A stretch of DNA of 49,498 nt from a virus (IMGVR_UViG_3300029839_000128); one strand, 5' to 3'. Positions 14,028 through 24,770 are shown, counted from the stretch's first letter. Numbers and translations: made by a program. Notes: a model not told the origin generated them from the letters alone.

Positions 14028-15827
14028 ATGGATTATGAAAAAATCATGGATGAGCGTCAGAAACACCTCCATGAACACTTTTCTCCTAATAGTTATCTTG
14101 GAGATCCAGATCGAGTTAAACGGTTGCTGGACTGGATGACGTTCTGGCGACGAAATCCAAATCGATTTGTCCAGTATTACTTTGGAATCGTGCTCCATCT
14201 GTATCAGCATATCATTTTATATCTGATGGACATTTATCCCAGTATTTGCATTGTTGCAGCGCGAAGCGCAGCTAAGTCATTTATCATTGCGGTATACGCC
14301 TGCAAGGAGGCGATTTTACGACCTGGTGCCCGTATCGTTATTGCGTCAGCCACCAAGAAACAAGCACGATTGATTGTTTCGGAAAAGATAAAAAAAGAAA
14401 TTTTACCGCGATCTCCGCTTTTGCAGGAGGAAATCGATACCTTTAAGGATAGCCAAAATGATATTGAGGTCATTTTTAGAAACGGTAGTTCTATTGTAGT
14501 TACAGTAGCGAACGATACAGCTCGTGGTCTGCGTGCTACGGTTATGATTTACGAAGAGTTCCGAATGATCGTAAAGAATATCATTGATACAGTTTTGTCT
14601 CCTTTTCTGTATGCTCGGCAGGTGCCTTTTATGCAGTATGAGGAGTATGATTCGCTGCTGGAAGAGCCAAAGGAAGTTTATATTAGTTCTGCGTGGTATC
14701 GAAACCATTGGATGTGGGGCAGTATAAAAACTTTTGTAAAAGATATGCTTGGCAAAGACTCTTCGGTAGTGATTACAATGGATTACAGCATTGCTTTGAA
14801 ACACAAAATCAAAACCAGAAATTTCCTTATCAAAGAGCGAAAGAAGTTGGACGCCATCGCGTGGGCAATCGAATATGAGAACCAAATGATTTCGGAAAAT
14901 GCTCATGCGTATTTTACTTATGAGATGTTAAACAAAAATCGTATTTTGAAGCGCCCATTTTATCCAAGGAAAAATGAGGATGTTCTCTCTCGCGTAAGGA
15001 ATAAATACGCTATTCCTAAACAAAAAGGAGAAGTACGAATTATCAGTTGCGATATTGCATCTGAGGGAGGTACTGGAAACGATAATTCCGTATTCTCATG
15101 TATTCGTGCTTTACCAGAGTCTAAAGAGTATAAGAGATCGGATACGGGTGGAGATCATATCGAAGTGCAGCAGGGTTATCGCCGACAGGTGGTTTATATG
15201 GAAGCTCAGGAAGAGTTTGAAACCATTAAGCAAGCGATCCGAATTAAGCAACTGTTTGCTGATTTTGAGGCGGATTACTGTGTGTTGGATACCAGAAACG
15301 CTGGTGTTGCCATTTTTGATGCACTGGCGAAGGTACTCTATGATGAGGAACGCAATGTAGAATATACTCCATGGACTTGCATGAATGACGATAAGCTAAA
15401 ATCTCGCATTGTAATTGCGGGCCAAGAAGAGGTTGTATTTTCTGTTAAGGCACAGTTGGATACCAATAGCAAAATTGCAGTTTGTATGCGCAATACTCTT
15501 GAAAATGGAATGATTGAGCTGATGATCAATAACCAAGAAGGTATTGAAGAGCTGCAGCGTCTTGTTCCAGAGTATGCGACAGCGGATGTAGATACTCAAA
15601 TTGGTTATGAGCGTCCATTCCACGAAACTTCCGCGCTGGTCAACGAAATGATTGGTTTGGAATACACAGTTATGAACCAGACGGGCTTAATCCGTATTGA
15701 GGAGAAAGCTGGCGCAAGAAAAGACCGTTATACATCGGTATCCTATGGCAACTATTTTATTGAGCTTTTGGAAAAAGATTTGTTTTCTGATAGCTCTGAA
15801 TACGAATACCTAACTCTTGTAAATTAA
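14028..15827 (+). CDS. terL: terminase large subunit
   Basis: Walker A variant AARSAAKS, Walker B IYEEFR, YISSAW coupling motif, nuclease motifs SCDIA and RKDRYTS. Confidence 0.9.
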   Translation: MDYEKIMDERQKHLHEHFSPNSYLGDPDRVKRLLDWMTFWRRNPNRFVQYYFGIVLHLYQHIILYLMDIYPSICIVAARSAAKSFIIAVYACKEAILRPGARIVIASATKKQARLIVSEKIKKEILPRSPLLQEEIDTFKDSQNDIEVIFRNGSSIVVTVANDTARGLRATVMIYEEFRMIVKNIIDTVLSPFLYARQVPFMQYEEYDSLLEEPKEVYISSAWYRNHWMWGSIKTFVKDMLGKDSSVVITMDYSIALKHKIKTRNFLIKERKKLDAIAWAIEYENQMISENAHAYFTYEMLNKNRILKRPFYPRKNEDVLSRVRNKYAIPKQKGEVRIISCDIASEGGTGNDNSVFSCIRALPESKEYKRSDTGGDHIEVQQGYRRQVVYMEAQEEFETIKQAIRIKQLFADFEADYCVLDTRNAGVAIFDALAKVLYDEERNVEYTPWTCMNDDKLKSRIVIAGQEEVVFSVKAQLDTNSKIAVCMRNTLENGMIELMINNQEGIEELQRLVPEYATADVDTQIGYERPFHETSALVNEMIGLEYTVMNQTGLIRIEEKAGARKDRYTSVSYGNYFIELLEKDLFSDSSEYEYLTLVN

Positions 15828-15840
15828 GGAGGTGAAGATT

Positions 15841-17511
15841 ATGGCAAGTGAATCAAGATTTCGATTGTGGCGCAGCCAAAAGTCGCAAGCTGAACCCGTT
15901 CAGGTAGCAACAGAGCAGAATGCGGCAGGTGAGGTTGCGGCGGCAATTTTACATGAGTTCAACACACAGCTTGGTGCATCTTATTTGAATATGATTAGCG
16001 GATACAGTAAGGGTTCTGCGCCTTATTCTACGCAGGAAATCTTAAATATGGCAAAAGACCCTATGAACCATATTTCTGAGTTGAGACGCTGGGCAAAGTG
16101 GGCATATTATTCTAACGGTACAGTTGGAACAGCGGTGGATAGCCTAATGGGTCTTCACTCTTTGGATTACATTGTAGTGGCGAAACCTAAAAAAGCAGGA
16201 ACAGAGCGCAAAAGTTATCGTCAGAGTGCAGATCGCATGAATAGTGTTTTAAGATCCATGCGATACAAGGAAGTAATCCGCGATGCCATTTTTCGTAATG
16301 CCAATGAGGGAATGTATGTTGGATATATGGAAACGCGGACAGTTCCGGTGGAAAACAAGATAGCGTTGACAGATATGGATGTGCAGGGTATTTCTGAAAT
16401 CAACTCTGCTGGCGTAAACACCATTGTTATCCCGCTTCCGTTGGAATATACCAGAATTATTGGCCGCAGAAACAACTGCTACGAGGTAGCGTTTGATCTG
16501 CGGTATTTTAACGGCATGATTGAGAGTGAGCGTAAGCGCAAGCTACAGGGGTTTCCACGACAGATCCAAGACGCATGGACACAGTACGAACAGGGGGCTT
16601 TCCCTGATGGTGCAAGTTGGCTTCGGTTGGACTGGCACAAAACAATCGTAACTAAAATTAAGAGCGGACAGAGTGATCCCTATGGCGTTCCGTTTGCAGT
16701 GGCTGCGCTGGACGATATTGAATATGCAAAGTATTTTATCAACACCAAACGTCGTGTGCTGGATACTGTCAATAACCAAATCTACTATGAGACATTCCCG
16801 GAGGGTAAAGACAAGGGTACTTCTGCGTTGTCAAAAGGGCAACAAGAGAATCAGCATAATACCGTAAAGCAAGCACTTACACAGCGTAGCAACGGCTGTG
16901 GGATTTCCTTCTTCTCTCTTGCGGCAGGCACTAAAATGGATCGTTTGCCGGTGGATATCTCTCTGTTGGATGAGGAAAATGAGAATGCAATCAAAGAAGA
17001 TGTCAATGAGGATATCGGGTTTGCTTCTGCTGCGTTGAGCGGAAGCTCGACGGGTAACTATGCCACGGCAACGCTAAACCTTGAGATCATTTCTAATAAT
17101 GTGTTTACTTGGATCGAAGCGATTGTAGAAGAGATGAATAAGTGCCTCAACTACAATGTGATTCGTGACGGAAGCTACCGTATTGAGTTTCGTGTGTTGC
17201 CGATTACATTTGTCAATCGTGAAAGATCGGTAAAGTTTTTCTCCGATCTATACTCTCGTGGTAAAGGTAGCTTGATGGCGTGGATTGCGTCAACAGGCAT
17301 CAATGCCGATGATTACCTTTCTTTGATGGATTATGAGCTGGAAGAGGACTTTGAGAATCGTTACCCGGTTCATAAAACTTCCTTTACTGTTACTGGTAAA
17401 GATGCCCCGGATGAAGATGTGGATCATAGTACGAGAGGACTTGAGACAAATCCCAGCACAGCTTCGACCAAAGCAAATAATGGCAATGCAAGCCCATCTC
17501 CGTCAGATTAA
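15841..17511 (+). CDS. portal protein
   Basis: ~556 aa directly after TerL, with a DPYGVPF motif. ATG 15841 follows AAGGAGGTG (track start 15832). Confidence 0.75.
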   Translation: MASESRFRLWRSQKSQAEPVQVATEQNAAGEVAAAILHEFNTQLGASYLNMISGYSKGSAPYSTQEILNMAKDPMNHISELRRWAKWAYYSNGTVGTAVDSLMGLHSLDYIVVAKPKKAGTERKSYRQSADRMNSVLRSMRYKEVIRDAIFRNANEGMYVGYMETRTVPVENKIALTDMDVQGISEINSAGVNTIVIPLPLEYTRIIGRRNNCYEVAFDLRYFNGMIESERKRKLQGFPRQIQDAWTQYEQGAFPDGASWLRLDWHKTIVTKIKSGQSDPYGVPFAVAALDDIEYAKYFINTKRRVLDTVNNQIYYETFPEGKDKGTSALSKGQQENQHNTVKQALTQRSNGCGISFFSLAAGTKMDRLPVDISLLDEENENAIKEDVNEDIGFASAALSGSSTGNYATATLNLEIISNNVFTWIEAIVEEMNKCLNYNVIRDGSYRIEFRVLPITFVNRERSVKFFSDLYSRGKGSLMAWIASTGINADDYLSLMDYELEEDFENRYPVHKTSFTVTGKDAPDEDVDHSTRGLETNPSTASTKANNGNASPSPSD

Positions 17512-17525
17512 GGAGGTGAGAGGGA

Positions 17526-18680
17526 ATGTATCAGGTTTTGAAAGGGTGTTCACCTATCTATGAGATTTCCAGTGAAAGAACCGTGGCTGGCAGACGGCCT
17601 ATTAAAGTTGTGTTGCACGAGATTTTTCCCAGTGCAGACCAATGGCAGGACAATGGTATCTCATGGAACGAACAATATACAAGGGATAACTTGCCGTCCG
17701 TGGCGGGTATGTCAATCGTTGCAGAATTTCTGACCGACGATCGAGATATCCCCTATGGGCACGGCATGACAGAAATTCGCTCTGATAATTTGCCTTTATT
17801 TGAAGACGCCACAATGGTGGGTCATTTTGAAAAGGCACATATCGACGATATTGAAATTGACGGTGTAGCCAAACGTGTTTTGATCGCGGAGGGCACACTG
17901 GATGAAATGCGTTATCCCAAATTCGTTACCTGGCTGAGAGAGCATATGGCGGACTCTGTTGTAAAAGGGTCGGTTGAAATTGTTGGTAAGCCAGAGAACG
18001 ATGGACACATTATTTACTCCGGCGGTTGGAAAGAGCAGGGACGTGTGCCACAAATTTATGATTATAGTGGCTATGCGATCCTGGGCGTCAAACCGGCTGA
18101 TGAGGCCGCTATCGTAATGGAGTTAAATAATAAAAAAGATGACAAGGAGGATTGTAACATGGATGAGAAGCTGAAAAATGAGCTGATGGCGGTCATCTCC
18201 GGTGCTATTTCTGAGACAAACGCAAAGTGGGATGAATATTACGCCAGCGTTCAGGCAAAAGAGGCCGAGATTGCTCAGCTACAAGCTGATATTCAGGCAA
18301 AAGAGGCCGAGATTGCTCAACTGCGTGCTGATATGGAAAAGTATCAGGCGGAAAAGGCAGCAGCTGAGGCTGGTTTGTCTGAGGCAAATGCCAAGATCAC
18401 CGAGTTGGAGAATGAGCGTTCTCGTGCTGAGCTGAACTCTGCGCTGGAACCCTATTCTGAAGAGCAACGTGCGGTGGCTCAGGATGACATTGATGCGTTC
18501 AATGCTAATCCTGGTAGCGTTGAGATCAACAGCATTATCGGTAAGATCTGTACCGAGATGGTTCGCGTGGCACGCGAGGCCAGCAAGGTTGCAGAGACAA
18601 ACGCATCCAATATTGATGTGTTTGGCATGACTGAAGAGACAAAGCCGCATAGCGACGACGGCGATGTTGAAGTATTTTAA
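17526..18680 (+). CDS. prohead protease/scaffold protein (YonD-like)
   Basis: Globular N-domain (PYGHG, GSVEI) plus a coiled-coil C-domain with an internal RBS; located between portal and capsid genes. Confidence 0.7.
   Translation: MYQVLKGCSPIYEISSERTVAGRRPIKVVLHEIFPSADQWQDNGISWNEQYTRDNLPSVAGMSIVAEFLTDDRDIPYGHGMTEIRSDNLPLFEDATMVGHFEKAHIDDIEIDGVAKRVLIAEGTLDEMRYPKFVTWLREHMADSVVKGSVEIVGKPENDGHIIYSGGWKEQGRVPQIYDYSGYAILGVKPADEAAIVMELNNKKDDKEDCNMDEKLKNELMAVISGAISETNAKWDEYYASVQAKEAEIAQLQADIQAKEAEIAQLRADMEKYQAEKAAAEAGLSEANAKITELENERSRAELNSALEPYSEEQRAVAQDDIDAFNANPGSVEINSIIGKICTEMVRVAREASKVAETNASNIDVFGMTEETKPHSDDGDVEVF
18250..18333 (+). repeat. 42-bp tandem duplication in the scaffold coiled coil
   Basis: TTCAGGCAAAAGAGGCCGAGATTGCTCA..GCTGATA x2, encoding QAKEAEIAQL(Q/R)AD. 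Confidence 0.9.
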
Positions 18681-18697
18681 GAATGGAGGAATGAAAG

Positions 18698-19159
18698 ATG
18701 AAGTACAAGACAATCGGTGCTTTCAAGGGCGTACAGAATGTCGGTAACTGCAAAGCCGTTGTCGATCTAAAGGTTGGCATGGGTGTTATCCTGGATCGCG
18801 CCGCAAAGACCGCAGCTCTCCCCGCCTCTGAGGACGAGGCTAAGGCTTGCTATCGTATTGTTACCAATATCAATGACAAGCCTGAAATGCACAATTTCAG
18901 CGAGACCACAGTGGTTTTGACTGGTGAGTTTGTTCGCGCTGATGACCTAACCAGCATTGCAAACATGGAGATTGAGTTTGCAGCTTCTGAGATCAATGGT
19001 GACATTGCTGATCTGGCTGTAGGCGATAATATGGTCTTCGGAACAGACGGTCTGATTGCTAAGGCTGATGCTGTTGATGGCTACAAGGTCTATTTTGAGA
19101 TCATTGAGAAGACTGCATACATGGGAAGCGGCATTCTGGCCGTTATTCGTGTACAGTAA
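18698..19159 (+). CDS. putative head decoration/capsid accessory protein
   Basis: 153 aa between scaffold and MCP, with highly expressed codon usage. Confidence 0.6.
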   Translation: MKYKTIGAFKGVQNVGNCKAVVDLKVGMGVILDRAAKTAALPASEDEAKACYRIVTNINDKPEMHNFSETTVVLTGEFVRADDLTSIANMEIEFAASEINGDIADLAVGDNMVFGTDGLIAKADAVDGYKVYFEIIEKTAYMGSGILAVIRVQ

Positions 19160-19177
19160 TAAAGGAGGGAGAAAATA

Positions 19178-20284
19178 ATGAGCATTTATGAGATCAATAT
19201 GGCAAACGCTCGTGCTGATGTTGACACATTGCGTGTCAAGCAGAACTCCCCGGTTGTAGAGGTGTTTTCTGCCCTTGCTGCCGGCAATCAGCCGAATGTT
19301 GCTGACAGCGTGAAGGATAAAGCGATCGCTACTATTAAAGAGCTGTCTTCTAAGGCTCTTGCCGGCGATCCTGTTGCCCAGAGTGAGATTAACTCTATCA
19401 TCCGGTTCTCTATTGAACCCAAGCTGCTGGAGGCCGTGAAGCTGTTTAGCTTTATGGGCAACTATAAGCGTATCGGATACCATGAGGCTCCTATGATGAA
19501 GACCTATAAGTACGAGAGTATTGATTCTCGCTTCCAGGCTTCTTCTTCTGATGTGCCTTTTGCAGCTTACAGCTTCCGTGAGTATCCCATCGGTACTCAG
19601 ACTATTTCTGGTGGTTTCTCTGTGGATTATCGTGAGCTGCAGAGCGGTAACTTCGATGGAAATGTTGCCGAGGGTATGAATCAGGTTCAGATCGACATGA
19701 AGAATAAGGCCGTATACTATGTGACCAGCGTTCTCTACAATGCGCTGAAGAACGCTAAGGGTGTAAAGCATTTTGCTGAGTCCAGCGGTATCACCAAGAC
19801 TGGCGTTGATGCTATGCTGAAGTCTATGCGTCGTTATGGTAAGGTCAACATTGCTGGCGACTACAGTGTGGTTTCTCAGTTCAATGATTTTTCCGGCTAT
19901 CTGACTGTCGGTGCCAATGCCATTCCTTTCGGTGCTGATGTTATCGCAGATGAAATTCGCAAGACCGGCCTGATCAGCTACTACAACGGCGCTTTCGTGA
20001 CTGAGCTGCCCAATGCAATCAACTGGACAAAGCTGAATGCTGATGGTACTGACTATGATCTGTATCTGCCCCAGGGCTTGCTGTTCATGCTGCCCCAGGG
20101 TGTTGTGTCTCCTTTGCAGGTCTTCCTGCGCGGCGGCATGACTACTATGACCGGTGACGATATCGTGACCCGTCAGCATATGACACGCTTCGATATGGAG
20201 CTTGGCGCTGGTGTTGCTGAGGGCATGGAGGATCAGATTGGTCTGATTTCTGATACCAATTACGAGGTGCCTGTTGCTATCTAA
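19178..20284 (+). CDS. major capsid protein
   Basis: 368 aa with a strong RBS and strongly biased codons; it follows the scaffold/decoration genes and is followed by a hairpin. Confidence 0.8.
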   Translation: MSIYEINMANARADVDTLRVKQNSPVVEVFSALAAGNQPNVADSVKDKAIATIKELSSKALAGDPVAQSEINSIIRFSIEPKLLEAVKLFSFMGNYKRIGYHEAPMMKTYKYESIDSRFQASSSDVPFAAYSFREYPIGTQTISGGFSVDYRELQSGNFDGNVAEGMNQVQIDMKNKAVYYVTSVLYNALKNAKGVKHFAESSGITKTGVDAMLKSMRRYGKVNIAGDYSVVSQFNDFSGYLTVGANAIPFGADVIADEIRKTGLISYYNGAFVTELPNAINWTKLNADGTDYDLYLPQGLLFMLPQGVVSPLQVFLRGGMTTMTGDDIVTRQHMTRFDMELGAGVAEGMEDQIGLISDTNYEVPVAI

Positions 20285-20304
20285 TGCAACTAATTAAATC
20301 ATTC

Positions 20305-20335
20305 AGGGAGGGGTTGTGCGCCCCTCCCTAATTTT
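20305..20335 (+). terminator. putative terminator/stabilising hairpin after MCP
   Basis: GGGAGGG/CCCTCCC stem followed by TAATTTT. Confidence 0.55.
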
Positions 20336-20355
20336 GAAATCAAGGAGAATCAATA

Positions 20356-20823
20356 ATGGCTACAAACAATGTTCTGGTAAACAACCTGTGCGGTTGGCCG
20401 CTATATTTTAAGCGTGCTGCTGGTGTAGGTGACATTACGATTCCGGCTAATGCAAAACGCTTTCCTATGCTGTCATATGACGAGGTACTGACTCAGATTC
20501 AGTTAGGCAATGTCATGTTTGTAGGAACAGATGGCCTTGGAAATCATGCACGCATTCAGATCATCGACGAAGCGCAGCGTAAAGAACTGTTTGGTATGAA
20601 CGATCAGGATATGGACGCCGCCATTGTGGTGGATTTGGAATCTGTTAAGGCTCTGCTGGCAATCCGCACTAAGGCAAAATTCCATGAGCAGCTGAATCGT
20701 ATGGTTACGACCAGTGCGGAGAAAAAAATGCTGCTGGAATTGGCAGATAAGGCCGGCGCAGCTGAGGCTGAATCCTGGAAGGTGGACGCTTTGCGCGAAC
20801 TTGCTAATACAGCCGGCGTGTAA
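20356..20823 (+). CDS. hypothetical virion-module protein
   Basis: AAGGAG RBS; position after MCP. Confidence 0.75.
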   Translation: MATNNVLVNNLCGWPLYFKRAAGVGDITIPANAKRFPMLSYDEVLTQIQLGNVMFVGTDGLGNHARIQIIDEAQRKELFGMNDQDMDAAIVVDLESVKALLAIRTKAKFHEQLNRMVTTSAEKKMLLELADKAGAAEAESWKVDALRELANTAGV

Positions 20824-20848
20824 TTTGTAAAAGGAGAAGGTGTGGTGT

Positions 20849-21241
20849 ATGGCAACAACTTTTTCTGAGATTGAAACACTTTTCCACTCCATGCCTTTGA
20901 CGAAGTTTGAGATCCCGGAGGGGTTGGAGGCAGAGTGGCTTAAAATTGCGGTGGCAGATTATGAGTTGAATTTGGGCTGCGATTTGAAATATGACGCAGA
21001 AAAGCGCGAGTTTTCCGGTATTTTGAGTTCGATCACTTGCCGGACATTGGCGCAAATGATGTATGTGTCGTATTTACAAAGAGAACTTAGCAGAGTCATG
21101 GCGTTAAATGGCATTTATGGTAAGGATATTCAGCTGACGGGCCAGGATGCAACAAAACGAGTGACAAAGCAGGAGCTTGACAGTCAAATCGCCCTGGTTG
21201 AGTCTTTGCTTCATCGACAAAAGCAGCACGCATATGGATAA
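20849..21241 (+). CDS. putative head-tail connector
   Basis: ~130-aa helical protein in the neck position; ATG 20849 preferred over the track start of 20840. Confidence 0.55.
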   Translation: MATTFSEIETLFHSMPLTKFEIPEGLEAEWLKIAVADYELNLGCDLKYDAEKREFSGILSSITCRTLAQMMYVSYLQRELSRVMALNGIYGKDIQLTGQDATKRVTKQELDSQIALVESLLHRQKQHAYG

Positions 21242-21252
21242 GGGGTGGTAAG

Positions 21253-22305
21253 ATGTCGGCTGAATCAAAAAATTGGTATCGCATGACACGCCCCTTGTTT
21301 AACAGTGGTTTTGAGGACGATGAGTTTTGGGCATATGGGCGAGACGGCTTTCAAGAGCTTTTGGATTCCGCTATCGGGTCAGATGTTTTGATTTATGATA
21401 AGAGTATTCAAAAGGAGCCGATAACAGTACGCGCCATTATGCAAAACAAAATGAGTGATGTTTACAACAGTACCACTGTAAGGCAGATCCTTTGTAATAT
21501 CGGTGTGTTGAAGTGCGGGCAATATGTAGAATGCGATGGAGCTATGTGGCTTGTGAGTGCTTTGCCTGATAATAACCGTATTTACGAAAAGGCTGTACTT
21601 TGGAAGTGTAAGCATACGATTCGTTTTATCTCGCCACTGACTGGAGAAATTGTGGCATATCCGGTATTTAGTACGAACAGCACACAGTATGGTACGGGAG
21701 AACTTGGAAAGACCTATATGACGGTTGGTGAAGATCAACACTTAGTCTATATTCCTTATAACGAGGAGACGATCATGCTGGATGTCCAATTTCGTTTTTT
21801 GATGGACAAGAATCGCAAGAATCCAGCGACGTATCGAATTACAAGAGTCGATCCTGTATCGTATGCGGTAGGTGATGAGCGGATCGATGATGGGCTGATC
21901 CAATGGGCAGTATTGCAGACGCAGTTCAACGAAGCAACAGATAATAAGGAACTAATGGTTGCTGATTATTACCCACAGAAATCGGAGGGCGATACTTCTC
22001 ATATTGATCAGGGTGGTTTTGCATTGATTGATTTAGACGGAGATCAAATGCTTGCCCTTGGTGAGAAAAAGCAAATCCGAATTGCTTATCGGCTCCCTGA
22101 TGGTTCGGATACAACGCTTCCTGATTATCGTATGGAGTATGATCTTGCTGGAGGAGCTGCCAGTGTGGTAGAGGAGAATGCCGATCTGATTACTTTGCAA
22201 GCGTCAGACAACCAGGATTTTGTGGGTAAAACGATTGAGATCCGGGTAATCAGCGATGTGCTGAATAGCAATATAACAATGAAAATCCAAATTGTGAACT
22301 GGTAG
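21253..22305 (+). CDS. putative head-tail adaptor/neck protein
   Basis: Neck-module position; beta-rich sequence. Confidence 0.5.
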   Translation: MSAESKNWYRMTRPLFNSGFEDDEFWAYGRDGFQELLDSAIGSDVLIYDKSIQKEPITVRAIMQNKMSDVYNSTTVRQILCNIGVLKCGQYVECDGAMWLVSALPDNNRIYEKAVLWKCKHTIRFISPLTGEIVAYPVFSTNSTQYGTGELGKTYMTVGEDQHLVYIPYNEETIMLDVQFRFLMDKNRKNPATYRITRVDPVSYAVGDERIDDGLIQWAVLQTQFNEATDNKELMVADYYPQKSEGDTSHIDQGGFALIDLDGDQMLALGEKKQIRIAYRLPDGSDTTLPDYRMEYDLAGGAASVVEENADLITLQASDNQDFVGKTIEIRVISDVLNSNITMKIQIVNW

Positions 22306-22316
22306 GAGGTGACAAT

Positions 22317-22817
22317 ATGCCGCATTTTGATTCAATCACCCAGCAGAAATTGTTGCTTAGGAAGAAACTGTTGCAAAATCAAGCGGTTGTAAATCTTTTG
22401 GTCAATACAGGCAACAATGTGGTGGAATTTGAAGATGTGCAAACGGGAAGTAAAAGCCCTGCGGCAGAATTGATTAAAACACACTTCTATGTTCCCGAAA
22501 ATACAACGGTTGACAAAAATTTCATTACGATGCGGAGTCGCGTGATTTATACCGACACGAATGTAGTGAAGGAGACTGCGTTGACTGTTTACATTATCTG
22601 CAATGAAGACCAAATTGATTTGCTGCAAGGCTCCAGAGCGGATTTGCTGGCAGATGAGGTCGATCGTATTTTGAATAATGGGGACACGCCTTTGTTTGGT
22701 TTAGGCGGAGTAAAACTCAGCACGGCAGACGAGGTACAGTTCAACGAAGGATATTCTGGGTGGCAAATCCCATATGTGACCCACGAAATGAACCGGGAGG
22801 CTGGTTTGATTGATTGA
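22317..22817 (+). CDS. putative tail completion/terminator protein
   Basis: 166 aa upstream of the major tail protein, with a RADLLADEVDRILN motif; strong RBS. Confidence 0.5.
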   Translation: MPHFDSITQQKLLLRKKLLQNQAVVNLLVNTGNNVVEFEDVQTGSKSPAAELIKTHFYVPENTTVDKNFITMRSRVIYTDTNVVKETALTVYIICNEDQIDLLQGSRADLLADEVDRILNNGDTPLFGLGGVKLSTADEVQFNEGYSGWQIPYVTHEMNREAGLID

Positions 22818-23532
22818 CTACTTAAGAGTATTCAGAGGGGGAGATTACCCCCTGAGTGCCAAAATCACGATCAAGCAACCAACCCTGGATGAAATATGCG
22901 CATATGGTGAACAACGCTATTGGGGTTTGGTGCGAGCGATTTGTTCGACGCCGGCTGATCGCAAAGTGGAAATTTGGGATTCACAACACATTTTTTGGGA
23001 CAAAGTGGACGAGTATGAATTGTTTCTATCTCTTTTTAAGACTTTCTCTGAAACAGATATGTCAATCCTTTTTGGAGATTTAGACTTTACTTCGTTCAAA
23101 CCATCGATGAACGGTTTGCAGGAGATCGCGATGAAGAACAAAGATAATGTTGTGATAGATCGAGCCACTCATAAGTTTCTGACCGATTACATTCGACGAC
23201 TCCATAAACTGCAAAAAAATGTGGATACAGGGTTCGATGATTATACCAAGGAAATTATGATTGAGGACGACAGAGATGAGATGGCGATACGAATGCGAAA
23301 ACCGTTTGAGTCGTTGCTGCTGCCGTTGATTTCCTCTTTAACCAACTGCCCTGAGTTTAAGTATCGATGGGATGATGTTTGGGAACTGCCCATTGGTGTG
23401 TTTATGGACAGTGTGGAACGGGTTCAGAAACATAAGAATTATAGCTTTGTAATGCACGGTATTTACAATGGCTGTGTGGATCTAAAGAAGCTTAACAAAA
23501 AGGAATTGAATTGGATGGCGGAGATGAAATAA
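22810..23532 (+). CDS. hypothetical tail-module protein
   Basis: 240-aa ORF overlapping the upstream stop. Confidence 0.7.
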   Translation: MIDYLRVFRGGDYPLSAKITIKQPTLDEICAYGEQRYWGLVRAICSTPADRKVEIWDSQHIFWDKVDEYELFLSLFKTFSETDMSILFGDLDFTSFKPSMNGLQEIAMKNKDNVVIDRATHKFLTDYIRRLHKLQKNVDTGFDDYTKEIMIEDDRDEMAIRMRKPFESLLLPLISSLTNCPEFKYRWDDVWELPIGVFMDSVERVQKHKNYSFVMHGIYNGCVDLKKLNKKELNWMAEMK

Positions 23533-23566
23533 TCTTCTCAAAATAATATGGAAAGGATGATAAATC

Positions 23567-24343
23567 ATGGCAATTTTCAATGCAAATAACTATGTCATTG
23601 ACAAGGTGCGCCGTGTAACTCAGATCAATCTGGAGACTGGCATGGTCGATTTCACCGGAACCAGCGTCGAAAGTCCCCAGGTCGAGTTTACTGGCGAGTC
23701 TGTTGACAAGACCGATGCTCAGGGCGTGCTTTTGGCTCGTTTTGATACCGCCAAGGGTGTAAACTTCTCTGGTGAGCTGTCCGTCTTGTCTATGCCTCTG
23801 ATGGCTGCTCAGTTGGGTACTGAGGTACAGATCGCATCTGAGGAGAGCAAGTTGAAGGGTGAGGACTTTGAGATTTTGAAGGTTGTGGGTGGCAGGGCTA
23901 CCCTAACCCACACCCCCACTGTCGCTCCTACTCATGTGTATCCCATCACCAACGACAAGAATATTGATAACACCAATATTATTGAGGTTGGTGCCGAGGC
24001 TGAGCAGGCACAAATTACTGGTAGTGATATTACTCTGCCTGAGAGTTTCAGTGGCACTATGATCGGCGTTTACTATCAGTATGAGACTGCTGCTGCAGTC
24101 AAGGTGTCTGATGGTAGTGAAAACCACGCTGAAGCTGCTAAGTATATCGTTGATATTCTTGCTGCCGACGTGTGCAATCCTTCTATCAAGCGTGCTGGTA
24201 AACTGGTTTTCCCCAAGGCCAAGATTGATAACAACTTCACGCTGAACCTGACTACCGAGGGTACACATCCGTTCTCCTTCTCTGCTCTGAAGGATTACTG
24301 CGCTGACGATGAGGAGTTGTGCTATCTGCTCTTCCACGAGTAA
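23567..24343 (+). CDS. major tail (tube) protein
   Basis: 258 aa with highly expressed codon bias and a C-terminal beta pattern (FTLNLTTEGTHPFSFSAL) typical of siphovirus tube proteins; position fits. Confidence 0.7.
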   Translation: MAIFNANNYVIDKVRRVTQINLETGMVDFTGTSVESPQVEFTGESVDKTDAQGVLLARFDTAKGVNFSGELSVLSMPLMAAQLGTEVQIASEESKLKGEDFEILKVVGGRATLTHTPTVAPTHVYPITNDKNIDNTNIIEVGAEAEQAQITGSDITLPESFSGTMIGVYYQYETAAAVKVSDGSENHAEAAKYIVDILAADVCNPSIKRAGKLVFPKAKIDNNFTLNLTTEGTHPFSFSALKDYCADDEELCYLLFHE

Positions 24344-24357
24344 GATAGCGGAGCGCT

Positions 24358-24720
24358 ATGCTTAAACATTGCAAAGTGTGCGGTACTGAGTACGACAGTT
24401 GCTTTTCCTGCGAGAAGCAAAATAGCTGGCGTGCTCATACCGACACAGCAGATCATTACTATATCCTCAGTGTTTTGATGGAATATCAGAGCGGCCACGA
24501 CGCAAAGAAAGCGTATCGTGCGCTTCGGAAGCGTGGTGTGGATCTTCGCGCAACAGATGGATATTTGCCGACAATTCGTAAACTTTTGACAGAGATCTAT
24601 GATATCTACCATGAGAGCGGGAAAGCAAAACAAGCTGCTGCGGTGGAGCTGGCTGTAGCCTCGACAGAGGCTGAGCAGATTCCGGTAGAAACTACTGGGG
24701 AAGTGACAATCAAAGAGTAA
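24358..24720 (+). CDS. hypothetical protein with Zn-ribbon (CKVC..CFSC)
   Basis: Two CxxC pairs at the N-terminus; followed by a terminator. Confidence 0.7.
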   Translation: MLKHCKVCGTEYDSCFSCEKQNSWRAHTDTADHYYILSVLMEYQSGHDAKKAYRALRKRGVDLRATDGYLPTIRKLLTEIYDIYHESGKAKQAAAVELAVASTEAEQIPVETTGEVTIKE

Positions 24721-24724
24721 GAGG

Positions 24725-24751
24725 AAAGGAGGGCGCAAGCCCTCCTTTTTT
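24725..24751 (+). terminator. intrinsic terminator
   Basis: AAAGGAGGGC-GCAA-GCCCTCCTTT plus T-run (GNRA loop). Confidence 0.85.
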
Positions 24752-24770
24752 CGCTATGGGGGTGGGGAGC

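Noticed and set aside
18947..20179. 410-aa minus-strand ORF
   Set aside because: It is an antisense shadow of the codon-biased capsid genes, with no RBS or recognisable protein features.
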